Below are positions 1-8,994 of a stretch of DNA of 64,000 nucleotides, piece by piece. Both the position numbers and the translations under genes were made by a program. The notes below the pieces were generated by a model that saw only the letters and a list, made by a program, of their open reading frames with translations, searched no databases and was not told where the DNA came from. Each line of letters starts with the position of its first letter. Position 1 is the stretch's first letter. The stretch is from Nannocystales bacterium. GTDB taxonomy: Bacteria; Myxococcota_A; Polyangia; Nannocystales; Nannocystaceae. The DNA lies in the NCBI GenBank assembly GCA_050633305.1, contig JBOEGF010000027.1:127403-191402 (forward strand), in the 5' to 3' direction.

Positions 1-303
1 GAAATCCCCAGCTGGTCGATGGATGTGCACCCGATCTTCAACGCGAACTGCGGCTGTCACGGATCGGGCTTCGCACCGTGGGCCGGCAACCCCAACGCGG
101 CCGCGGCCTACGATGCCATCGTCGACGTTTCGGCGGGCGGCGGCCTGCTGTGGATCGACTCGGGCGATGCCAACAACAGCTACATCGTGGACCGAATCGA
201 GGGGATAGGCGGCTTCATGCCACCAGCTCCGTCCACGCCGCTGAGCGCGGGCCAGGTCCAGACGATCCGCGACTGGATCGACGGGGGCGCGCCGGAGAAC
301 TGA
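1..303 (+). CDS. C-terminal part of a planctomycete-type cytochrome c domain protein (5' end outside the window), CxCH motif
   Basis: Frame is open from base 1 (EIPSWSMDVHPIFNANCGCH...); ends MPP...LSAGQVQTIRDWIDGGAPEN, typical of the PSCyt1-like domain. Confidence 0.7.
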   Translation, partial: EIPSWSMDVHPIFNANCGCHGSGFAPWAGNPNAAAAYDAIVDVSAGGGLLWIDSGDANNSYIVDRIEGIGGFMPPAPSTPLSAGQVQTIRDWIDGGAPEN

Positions 304-307
304 CCGG

Positions 308-329
308 CTCAGGGCCGAAAGGCCTGAGC
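308..329 (+). terminator. GC-rich hairpin with GAAA tetraloop downstream of the cytochrome gene (no U-tract)
   Basis: gctcagg(g)cc-gaaa-ggcctgagc just after the stop at 303. Confidence 0.4.
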
Positions 330-347
330 AACGCGCCGGGGCGGCGT

Positions 348-353
348 TATCCT
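348..353 (+). promoter_or_regulatory. Putative -10 box (TATCCT) of leaderless pepN; representative of a window-wide pattern
   Basis: TANNNT 7 nt before ATG 361 with no SD; same geometry at 12 or more other genes (see findings). Confidence 0.6.
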
Positions 354-360
354 GCTGCGG

Positions 361-3003
361 ATGAAGGACCCCGCGCCCCAGCCGATCCATCGCAAGGACT
401 ACCAGCCTCCTGCGTTCGTCATCGACACGGTCGAGCTGCACTTCGACTTGCAGGAGTCCTTCACCACCGTTCGCGCGTCGATGAAGCTGCGTCGAAACGG
501 ATCCCATGGAGACGACCTCGTGCTGCGAGGAGAACGCCTCGAGCTCGTCTCGGTCCTCATCGACGGAGTTCCCCGCGACGCGGACTCGCTGCACGTCACG
601 GAGGAACACCTGAAGATCCCCGGCGTCCCCGATGCCTTCGAGCTCCGCACGGAGGTCCGCATCAAGCCGCAGGAGAACACCGAGCTCAGCGGGCTGTACA
701 AGTCCAGCGGGAACTACTGCACGCAGTGCGAGGCCGAGGGATTCCGGCGCATCACCTACTTTCTCGACCGCCCGGACGTGATGGCTCGCTACCGCACCAC
801 GATCGTCGCGGACAAAGCCGCCTACCCCGTGCTGCTCTCCAATGGCAACGCGGTCGAACGTGCCGACCTGGATGACGGGCGGCACACGGTCACCTGGGAA
901 GACCCCTACCCCAAGCCCAGCTACCTCTTCGCTCTCGTCGCCGCTGATCTCAGCTGCAAAGAAGGCACGTTCACGACCCGCAGCGGCCGCGAGGTCAAGC
1001 TCGAGATCTGGGTCGAACACCAGAACATCAGCGCCTGCGACCACGCCCTCGTCTCACTGCAGAAGTCGATGAAGTGGGACGAAGAGGTGTTCGGGCTCGA
1101 ATACGACCTCGACATCTACATGATCGTGGCCGTCTCGGACTTCAACATGGGCGCGATGGAAAACAAGGGCCTGAACGTCTTCAACTCGAAGTACGTCCTG
1201 GCGCGGCCCGAGACCGCCACGGACGATGACTTTGAGGGCGTCGAAGCCGTCATCGCCCATGAGTACTTCCACAACTGGACCGGCAACCGTGTCACATGCC
1301 GAGACTGGTTCCAGCTGACGCTCAAGGAGGGCCTCACCGTCTTCCGCGATGAGCAATTCACGGCCGACATGACGTCCCCTGCGGTCAAACGCATCCAGGA
1401 TGTCCGCGTGCTCCGAGCCGCGCAGTTCGCCGAGGATGCCTCGCCCACCGCCCATCCGATTCGCCCCGACGCGTACATCGAGATGAACAACTTCTACACG
1501 GTCACCGTGTACAACAAAGGCGCGGAGGTCATCCGGATGATGCACACGCTGCTCGGGCCGGAGGCGTTCCGCAAAGGCATGGACCTCTACTTCGAGCGAC
1601 ACGACGGCCAGGCCGTGACGTGTGACGATTTCCGGGCCGCGATGGCCGATGCAAGTGGGGTCGACCTCGAGCAATTCGGACTTTGGTACAGCCAAGCCGG
1701 CACCCCGCGGCTGCGCGTCTCCGGCGAGCACGATGCCGCAGCGCAAACCTACAGCCTCACGCTCGAGCAGCTGGCCCCAACCGCAGGCGGCCCGGCCGAG
1801 TACGCACCGATGCATTTGCCGATCGCAACGGGGCTGTTGGCTCCCGACGGCACCGACCTCGAAGTCCGTCTCACCGACCCCGCCGTGACCGTCCGAGGCA
1901 CCACGGCGATCTTGGAGCTTCGAGAGCAGAAGCAAACCTTCACCTTCGCGGGCGTGAGTGCGCCTCCCCAGCCCTCGGTGCTGCGCGGATTCTCGGCCCC
2001 GGTGAAACTCGAGCAGGAGCGCTCCGGCGAGGAACTCGCGCTGTCGATGGCCCACGACTCCGACAGCTTCAACCGCTGGGACGCCGCGCAAAGCTTCGCG
2101 TCCGACTTGCTACTCGCGCTCACCGAAGCGCGGGCCAGTGGAGCCGAAATGGTGGCCGACCCGCGATTTACCGCAGCCTTCGGCGCCCTCCTCCAAGACC
2201 CAGAGCTCGATCCGTCGCTCGCAGCGCTCTCCCTGGTCCTTCCCGACGAGCGCGTGCTGGGGCAGCGACAGGACGTGGTCGATGTCGATGGGATCCACGC
2301 GGCCAGGACGTTCCTGCGCCGCACCCTCGCACAGGCCCACGCGCCTCGGCTGTGGGACGTCTACCGAGACCTCGTCGAACGCACCACCCCGTACGCCCAC
2401 GGAAAAGACGCCAACGGCTGGCGTCGACTCAAGAACGTCGTGCTCAGCTACCTGGTCTCGACTGCCGATCCGGCGGCGATCGAAGCCGCACGAACCCAGT
2501 TCGACCGGGCGGACAACATGACCGACGCCCAGGCCGCGCTCTCCCTGCTCGTCGACCAGGACCACCCCGCCCGGGACGAGGCCCTCGGTGCATTCTACGA
2601 ACGCTGGAAGAACCAACCTCTGGTGCTCGACAAGTGGTTCGCGGTCCAGGCGATGGGCGAGCTTCCCGACACCTTGGATCGCGTCAAGGCGCTGCGGGCC
2701 CACGCCGACATGAAGCTGACCAACCCCAACCGGATCCGCAGCCTCATGGGGACCTTTGCGGTACGCAACCAGGTCCGTTTTCACGCCGCAGACGGGCGCG
2801 GGTACGACCTGCTCGCCGACACCATCCTCGAACTCGACCCACTCAACCCGCAGGTCGCCGCGCGATTGACCGGCGCCTTCATGTCTTGGAGAAGGTTCGA
2901 CGACGACCGCAAGGCGCTGATGAAGGCCGCCCTGCAGAGGATCCGCGAGACCGAAGGACTCAGCCGCGACGTCTCCGAACTCACCTCGAAAGCACTCGCC
3001 TAG
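361..3003 (+). CDS. pepN: Aminopeptidase N (M1 family)
   Basis: GAMENKGLN and HEYFHNWTGNRVTCRDWFQL..KEG motifs, C-terminal NPQVAARL; 880 aa. Confidence 0.97.
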   Translation: MKDPAPQPIHRKDYQPPAFVIDTVELHFDLQESFTTVRASMKLRRNGSHGDDLVLRGERLELVSVLIDGVPRDADSLHVTEEHLKIPGVPDAFELRTEVRIKPQENTELSGLYKSSGNYCTQCEAEGFRRITYFLDRPDVMARYRTTIVADKAAYPVLLSNGNAVERADLDDGRHTVTWEDPYPKPSYLFALVAADLSCKEGTFTTRSGREVKLEIWVEHQNISACDHALVSLQKSMKWDEEVFGLEYDLDIYMIVAVSDFNMGAMENKGLNVFNSKYVLARPETATDDDFEGVEAVIAHEYFHNWTGNRVTCRDWFQLTLKEGLTVFRDEQFTADMTSPAVKRIQDVRVLRAAQFAEDASPTAHPIRPDAYIEMNNFYTVTVYNKGAEVIRMMHTLLGPEAFRKGMDLYFERHDGQAVTCDDFRAAMADASGVDLEQFGLWYSQAGTPRLRVSGEHDAAAQTYSLTLEQLAPTAGGPAEYAPMHLPIATGLLAPDGTDLEVRLTDPAVTVRGTTAILELREQKQTFTFAGVSAPPQPSVLRGFSAPVKLEQERSGEELALSMAHDSDSFNRWDAAQSFASDLLLALTEARASGAEMVADPRFTAAFGALLQDPELDPSLAALSLVLPDERVLGQRQDVVDVDGIHAARTFLRRTLAQAHAPRLWDVYRDLVERTTPYAHGKDANGWRRLKNVVLSYLVSTADPAAIEAARTQFDRADNMTDAQAALSLLVDQDHPARDEALGAFYERWKNQPLVLDKWFAVQAMGELPDTLDRVKALRAHADMKLTNPNRIRSLMGTFAVRNQVRFHAADGRGYDLLADTILELDPLNPQVAARLTGAFMSWRRFDDDRKALMKAALQRIRETEGLSRDVSELTSKALA

Positions 3004-3166
3004 CCGCGCGCTGGTTACGCAGCGAGGTCTGACACCCACGTCACACCCCGGTGTTCGAGGCCACACAAGCCCTCAGCGCCGGTTGGGACTCGCGTTTGCA
3101 GCGTCTGTGGGTGACCAGCATCTTGGAGGTGCGGCCTCGGCAGGCTCGCGACTTGGACTTCCTACG

Positions 3167-3772
3167 ATGCTGCGCTCCGTGACTCGTTCTTTCCGTCCCC
3201 GACTTCCAACGGTCTTCAGCCTCGCCCTGGGTTGCGCGCTGCTCGTCGGGTGTGAGGACCCCTCAACCGGCGGTTCGGAGACCGCCGACGACACGGGCAG
3301 TGACAGCGGTGAGTCCGGCGAAGAAGTGGTCGGGTTCCTCGCCGTCGGCTTCGGCGAGACCAGCTTCACACCGATCGAGGACGGTGGAGAACTCGAGGTG
3401 GTCTGGGGGTCTCAGGGCGCGGCCATGATTCCGCTGCCCATCCGCGCCGGTGGCATCACGGTTCCCGACGACCCGCGGGACTACACCGATGAGCGTGCAC
3501 CACTGCTCGATGTGACCCTCGACGTCGACGGCGAGGAGGCGGGGTTCTGCGGCCACTTCAAGTGCGTCTCCAACTACCCGATGTCCTTCGACGTCCTCAG
3601 CGACGGTACCTACGAGTTCATGTACGTACGCGTGATCATGCCCGATGGGGTCGACGTGCAATCGCTCGACGGAAAGACCGCGTCGCTGCGGGTCGAGCTC
3701 AGTCCCATCGACTCCGGCACGCTCGTCGAGGAGTTTGAGCTGACTCTCCTCGCCGCGCCTCCGCCCGTGTAG
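3167..3772 (+). CDS. Hypothetical lipoprotein
   Basis: Lipobox LLVGC, acidic Ser/Gly linker, WGSQG motif; start uncertain. Confidence 0.7.
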   Translation: MLRSVTRSFRPRLPTVFSLALGCALLVGCEDPSTGGSETADDTGSDSGESGEEVVGFLAVGFGETSFTPIEDGGELEVVWGSQGAAMIPLPIRAGGITVPDDPRDYTDERAPLLDVTLDVDGEEAGFCGHFKCVSNYPMSFDVLSDGTYEFMYVRVIMPDGVDVQSLDGKTASLRVELSPIDSGTLVEEFELTLLAAPPPV

Positions 3773-3823
3773 GGGTCTGAGGTTCGGACCTACCGGACGC
3801 CCAGTCCGACGCCGGGCGACCGC

Positions 3824-4912
3824 TCAGCGACGGAGTCCTGCAAGCACCTTCTCGATGCCCTTGCCGTAGCGCTCTCGCTCCCAGTCATCAAGCGACGAGA
3901 CGTCACCATCGACCACGGACATCAGCCCGGCCCGGTCGATCACGATCTCGGGCTCCAGACCCAAGCGCGCCGCCTCGGCTTTCCGCCACGCCTTCATGGC
4001 GTCGACACGTTCGGAGCGCGCCCGGTCAGGCTTCGGCCGCTGGGGAGGCGGGCACGGGGTCTCGACCGCCGAAGCGACCAGTGCGAGCAGGTCGGGTCCG
4101 TCCCGGCGCGCGACCGGCTTGGGCATGCCCTTGACGGCCGCCAGGTCGTTGCGCGTCGTCGGGCATCCACGCGCCAAGCCCATCATGGCCATCTCCGGCA
4201 ACACCCGAAACGGAGGCCGGTCCAGTTGCTCCGCCCGTTGCTCCCTCCACGCAAACACGGCCTTGAGCACCGAACGACCCGCTTCGTCCAGATCTCGGGC
4301 GCCCTTGTACTTCCAGTAGCCATCGGGGTCGAAGGGCCGCTCCCGAGGCAAGACCGCGGTCTGACGGATGCAGGCACGGTCGAACATTTCGCGATGCGGG
4401 CCTTCATCGAGCGCCGCGCCTTGCAGGTCGGCCAAGCGCAGGAGGTAGTGCGTATCAAAGCGGGCGTAGGCCAACGCCGCGTCCGACAGTGGCCGCTGTC
4501 CCCAGTCGTAGCGCTGGAAGGCCTTGTTGGCTTTGAACTCGAAGTGCTCATCGAGTAGCGAGGCCAGGCCGCACTTGGGCCAACCCAAGACCCGCGCGGC
4601 GAGCATGGTGTCGAAGAGGTTCTGAATCCCGATCTTCTGCGTCCGCCTGAAGATCAGGACGTCGTAGTCGGCACCATGCATGACCTTCTGGATCCCCGGG
4701 GACTCCAAGACCTTCCCCAACGGCGCCAAGTCGACGGCCAAAGGGTCGATGAGGATGTCCGTGTCCGCGGTGCTGACCTGCACCAGGCAGATCCGCTCGT
4801 GATACGCGAACATCGAGTTCGCTTCGGTGTCGACTGCGATCCGCGACTCGCCGGCCAGGCGTTCGCACCACGTCTGCAGAGACTCGTTGGTGTCGACCCA
4901 GTGCGCGTCCAC
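3824..4912 (-). CDS. rnd: Ribonuclease D family 3'-5' exonuclease with HRDC domain
   Basis: AVDTE, HGADYD, FDTMLAAR, DWGQRPLS, YARFDT, WRE..A..LDRPPFRV; GTG start 6 nt after TACACT. Confidence 0.9.
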   Translation of the reverse strand: MDAHWVDTNESLQTWCERLAGESRIAVDTEANSMFAYHERICLVQVSTADTDILIDPLAVDLAPLGKVLESPGIQKVMHGADYDVLIFRRTQKIGIQNLFDTMLAARVLGWPKCGLASLLDEHFEFKANKAFQRYDWGQRPLSDAALAYARFDTHYLLRLADLQGAALDEGPHREMFDRACIRQTAVLPRERPFDPDGYWKYKGARDLDEAGRSVLKAVFAWREQRAEQLDRPPFRVLPEMAMMGLARGCPTTRNDLAAVKGMPKPVARRDGPDLLALVASAVETPCPPPQRPKPDRARSERVDAMKAWRKAEAARLGLEPEIVIDRAGLMSVVDGDVSSLDDWERERYGKGIEKVLAGLRR

Positions 4913-4916
4913 CGAC

Positions 4917-6080
4917 TCAGTGTACACGCTTGGGGCCCGACGGATTGCGCTGGGGCCCGCTTGCCTGAACTCGCGCGTCGCACCCTGCAGAGTCCCCGAG
5001 GGTGCACGCTTTGTCGAAGGCCCGTTGTGCGGCGAGCAAGTCTGCCCGTCCCATCTCCCGCTCCAGATGGACGCCCAGCATGCGGCAGCCATGCGCATCG
5101 TCGAGCCGGCATGCGTGCTCGAGCAACGACTCGATGTCGTCATCTTCGTCGACGCCGCGTGGCAGCGCCTGCGCCAGCGTTGTGCAACCCCGAGCAACAT
5201 CCCTGGCGCATGCGCGGCGCAGCCCGTCCTCAACTTCAGAAACCGCTCCATGTTCGGCGAGCGTCGCCACGCCCAAATGCACACACCCCTCCAGGTCGTC
5301 CTCGGTGCAGGCACGTGCGTAGAGTTTCCGCGCGCGCGACAGATCGACCGGCACGCCTTGTCCATGCTCGAACATGAGACCCCAGTTCGCGCACGCTTCC
5401 GCAACGCCGCCTTCGCAAGCCAACGCATACCGCCGATGCGCTCGAGCATACTCTCCAACCTCGTGGTCAGACGCCGCCGCCTCCGCGCAGGCCGGCCACA
5501 GTTCCAACGCACAAGGGTGGCCCTCGCTGGCGAGCGCGGTCATGGCCGCCAACGCTTCGTCCCGTTGCAACACCGTCGCCCGCTCCAGCTCGAGTGCCGC
5601 CGACAGCTCCTGCACCGCCCCTTCCAATGCCGCCGTCGATGACTCCAGGCGGCGGACGTCCGTGCGCGCCCGCTTGGCGTCCCCTCGGGCCTCGTCCGCA
5701 GCCGCCCATGCCTCATCGAGCAGGCGCCCGCGTTCGGCCTCTTCCTGCCGCCGACACTCCTCGATGATCGCATCCGCATCCGCGTCCGGGAGGGACGCCA
5801 GCTCGGTCGCCTCCACATCGCGACGGTCTCGCTCCAACCGACCGCTCCCGGTGCCGGGAACCGACCCCCCGACAGCGACGGAGCCCCCGCGGTCCCGCTC
5901 GACTCGCGTGGTCCGAAACGCCTCCACACACCCCCGAAAAACCAGCGTCGGTGTCGGGATACACTGGCCGTCGACCCGGGCCATCCCTCGGTCACAACGC
6001 GGAGCCGCAACCGCCCATCCACAACCCGATCCCGCTAGCAAACCCACCACCACCATCAATCTAAATCCCAACGTAATCAT
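4917..6080 (-). CDS. Lipoprotein with coiled coil and Sel1-like repeats
   Basis: LAGSGC lipobox; repeated ACxxG..xGC..LG motifs. Confidence 0.8.
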   Translation of the reverse strand: MITLGFRLMVVVGLLAGSGCGWAVAAPRCDRGMARVDGQCIPTPTLVFRGCVEAFRTTRVERDRGGSVAVGGSVPGTGSGRLERDRRDVEATELASLPDADADAIIEECRRQEEAERGRLLDEAWAAADEARGDAKRARTDVRRLESSTAALEGAVQELSAALELERATVLQRDEALAAMTALASEGHPCALELWPACAEAAASDHEVGEYARAHRRYALACEGGVAEACANWGLMFEHGQGVPVDLSRARKLYARACTEDDLEGCVHLGVATLAEHGAVSEVEDGLRRACARDVARGCTTLAQALPRGVDEDDDIESLLEHACRLDDAHGCRMLGVHLEREMGRADLLAAQRAFDKACTLGDSAGCDARVQASGPQRNPSGPKRVH

Positions 6081-6219
6081 GGTGTCAGTATCTCTAGGAC
6101 GCGTGGCGATGCGAAAGACCAGCGCGCGAGGACGGGACATCTCGTCGCAGGAGGGATCCGATCGCCCGCAGCGTGGCCTCGGGAAGACAGCGCCCCCGGG
6201 CTCGTGCATGCTCGACACC

Positions 6220-8994
6220 ATGGCCGGCCCAACGACCCCCACGGCGACCGACTCGGGGCTCGTCGCGGGTGACGGGGGCTGGACGACCCCACCGGCCGAA
6301 GGACCGCGTCGAGGTGCATCCTTTGGCCGGTACGTCGTCCTTCACGAGATCGGGTCGGGAGGAATGGGCGTCGTCTACGCCGCCTACGACCCCGAACTCG
6401 ATCGTCGTGTCGCGCTCAAGGTCCTGGGAGAAGCCGCGGGAACCGACACCGGCCGAGCCCGGCTGCTCCGCGAGGCGCAGACGATGGCACGCCTCTCCCA
6501 CCCCAACGTCATCACCGTTCACGACGTTGGTGAAGTCGAAGGCCGACTCTTCATCGCGATGGAGCTGGTGGCAGGATGCGACCTCAAGCGCTGGTTGGAG
6601 GAGACGCGGCCGTGGCAGGACGTACTCTCGGTGCTCCTCCAAGCCGGCCGAGGCCTCGCGGCAGCGCACGACCAGGGTCTCATTCACCGCGACTTCAAGC
6701 CTGCCAACGTGCTCGTCGGCGACGACGGCCTGGTTCGGGTGCTGGACTTCGGCCTCGCGCGACGCTTCGGACAGGTCGACGAGCCGCCCACGGGCGATAC
6801 GAGCGACCTCGACCTTTCGAGCTCCCACAACTCGCACACCGAGCAGCTCACCCAGACCGGAGCGATCGCGGGCACCCCCGCGTACATGAGTCCCGAGCAG
6901 CACGCCCGCGGCGAACTCGACGGCAAGAGCGACCAGTTCAGTTTCTGTGTCACCGCGTTCGAAGCGTTGTTCGGTGAGCGCCCGTTCGATGGCAACGGTC
7001 GGATGGCGCTGATGCTGCAGGCGACCCAAGGCGAGCGGCGGCCCATCCCCAAGTCAACGCAAGTCCCCGGTCGGATCTGCGAGGCGATCGTTCGTGGCCT
7101 GCAGCCCAAGCCCTCCGAGCGTTGGCCCCACATGCGAGGACTGCTCGAGCAACTCGAGCGCCGCCCCGCGTCCCACCGCAACATCGCCCTGGGCGCAACC
7201 GCTCTCGTCGGTCTCGCGGGGGTCGTCGCCGTCAGCCTCGAGCACGAGAGCGATCCGCCGTGCCCCCCACTGACGAGCCTTCGCGCAGGCCTGCTCCCCG
7301 ACGAGATTCGCGGCGAGATTCGAGGAGCATTCACAGGCACAGGGGTCCCCTTCGCCGACCAAGCGCTCGTGCATACCCTGAACACAGCCGACGCCTACGC
7401 CGACGAGTGGAGCCGGGCACGACTTGAGACCTGTGAAGCGACGCGAGTCCGGCACGACCGCTCCGAGAACCTCCATGACCGCTCGGTGGCCTGCCTCGAT
7501 GCCCTACGCCGGGACTTCGATGCAACCCTCGACGTCCTCGCCGAGGCCAAAGCGCAAACCGTCGAGAAATCCGTGGCCCTGCTGGGCAACCTCCGGCCAG
7601 TCCAAGGCTGCGCTGACGCCGAAGCGCTCTTGGAAGCCTACCCAGCACCCGCGCCCGAGCTGGCGGAGTCGGTCGAAGCTGCGGAAGCGCTCCTGTCTCG
7701 CGGCCGAGCCCTGTTGGGGGCGCGCCGGGACGGCGATGCTCTCGAGGCACTGCGACAGGCCGACGAGGCCGCGACGTCATCGACCCATCCCCCGACGATG
7801 GCGGCGGCTTCGCTCGAGTTTTCCATCGCGCTGAGCCGCAACTCGCAGCGGGAGCTCGCCACCGAGAAGTTTCACGGCGCGGGACAGCTCGCGGCTCGGC
7901 TGGGGGATGATCGCCTACTCACGCGCACGTGGATCGAGATGGGACGGCATCTCTTTCACGCCGAGTCGGCCCACGCCGAGGCGCTTCGGTGGTTCGACTA
8001 CGCCGAGGCCGTGCTTGCGAGGGTCCCGGACGCGTACACCCTCGAACTCGACCTCCGAGAGGCTCGCGGGTCTGCGCTCTCCGAACAAGGGAAGTTCAAG
8101 GAGGCACTCGCGGAGCTCGACACCCTCGATTCCCACCGCCCGCCGGGCAAGAAACGCGCGTGGGGAGAAGAGGTTCTGCGCGCCAACATCCACACTTGGC
8201 AGGGCGACTATTCGGCGGCGGAGGCTGCATTTGGGCGCGCCACAGAGCGCGCGTTGGAGACGATGGGTGAGGACCACCCAGTCTTCGCAGGCATCCACAA
8301 CGGACTGGGCACCGTCGCCTTCTCCCGAGGAGACCTCGCTGCGGCCGAGGCCGGCTTCCGCCGGGCGCATGAGATCATGAGGGCGGCGCTCCCCGACGAC
8401 AGCCAAGACCTGTTGTTCTCCCTGGGCAACATCGGAGAGATCCAGCGCATGCGAGGCAACCACGAGGCTGCACACGAAACGATGCTTGCAGTGGAGCGGC
8501 TGGTGAAGAATGCGTTCCCGCCCGTCCACCGCGAGGTGGGCACCACCAATCACAACATCGCCAGCAACTATCGAGAGTGGGGCAAGCTCGAAGAGTCCCT
8601 GCTCCGCTACGATGTCGCGATCGATGTCCGGCGAGAGATTCACGGCGCCAGGCACGTCTACGTCTCAAACAGCCTCACCGGAAAAGGCCTCGCCCTGCTC
8701 GACCTCGGGCGCACCGGCGAAGCGCTTCCGTTGCTCGAAGAAGCGCTGTCGATCCGCAGCGAGACGGGGGCGCCGCCCCGAAAACGGGCCCGCACCGAGT
8801 TCGGCTTGGCTCGCGCCCTGGCGCTGACCTCCGGCGACATGACGCGGGCGCGCAGCCTCGCCACAGCGGCGCGGGACCGTCTCCGCGACCAGAACGACGA
8901 CACCGCTGCCGACCGCATCACGAAGATCGATGCTTGGCTCTCCGAACATGGGGTCGAGATGGGCGCCGAGCCCACACCCCCAGCCCAACCATGA
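6220..8994 (+). CDS. Membrane Ser/Thr protein kinase with C-terminal TPRs
   Basis: GSGGMGVVY, VALK, HRDFKPANV, DFG, GTPAYMSPEQ; one TM; GEDHP-type TPRs. Start is 6208 or 6220. Confidence 0.93.
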   Translation: MAGPTTPTATDSGLVAGDGGWTTPPAEGPRRGASFGRYVVLHEIGSGGMGVVYAAYDPELDRRVALKVLGEAAGTDTGRARLLREAQTMARLSHPNVITVHDVGEVEGRLFIAMELVAGCDLKRWLEETRPWQDVLSVLLQAGRGLAAAHDQGLIHRDFKPANVLVGDDGLVRVLDFGLARRFGQVDEPPTGDTSDLDLSSSHNSHTEQLTQTGAIAGTPAYMSPEQHARGELDGKSDQFSFCVTAFEALFGERPFDGNGRMALMLQATQGERRPIPKSTQVPGRICEAIVRGLQPKPSERWPHMRGLLEQLERRPASHRNIALGATALVGLAGVVAVSLEHESDPPCPPLTSLRAGLLPDEIRGEIRGAFTGTGVPFADQALVHTLNTADAYADEWSRARLETCEATRVRHDRSENLHDRSVACLDALRRDFDATLDVLAEAKAQTVEKSVALLGNLRPVQGCADAEALLEAYPAPAPELAESVEAAEALLSRGRALLGARRDGDALEALRQADEAATSSTHPPTMAAASLEFSIALSRNSQRELATEKFHGAGQLAARLGDDRLLTRTWIEMGRHLFHAESAHAEALRWFDYAEAVLARVPDAYTLELDLREARGSALSEQGKFKEALAELDTLDSHRPPGKKRAWGEEVLRANIHTWQGDYSAAEAAFGRATERALETMGEDHPVFAGIHNGLGTVAFSRGDLAAAEAGFRRAHEIMRAALPDDSQDLLFSLGNIGEIQRMRGNHEAAHETMLAVERLVKNAFPPVHREVGTTNHNIASNYREWGKLEESLLRYDVAIDVRREIHGARHVYVSNSLTGKGLALLDLGRTGEALPLLEEALSIRSETGAPPRKRARTEFGLARALALTSGDMTRARSLATAARDRLRDQNDDTAADRITKIDAWLSEHGVEMGAEPTPPAQP

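Noticed and set aside
5374..6207. Long N-terminal extensions of kinase and RNase D ORFs (also 4913-5512, 26658-26981, 46621-46803)
   Set aside because: They overlap neighbouring genes or promoters and look non-coding; downstream starts fit the domain boundaries and -10 motifs.
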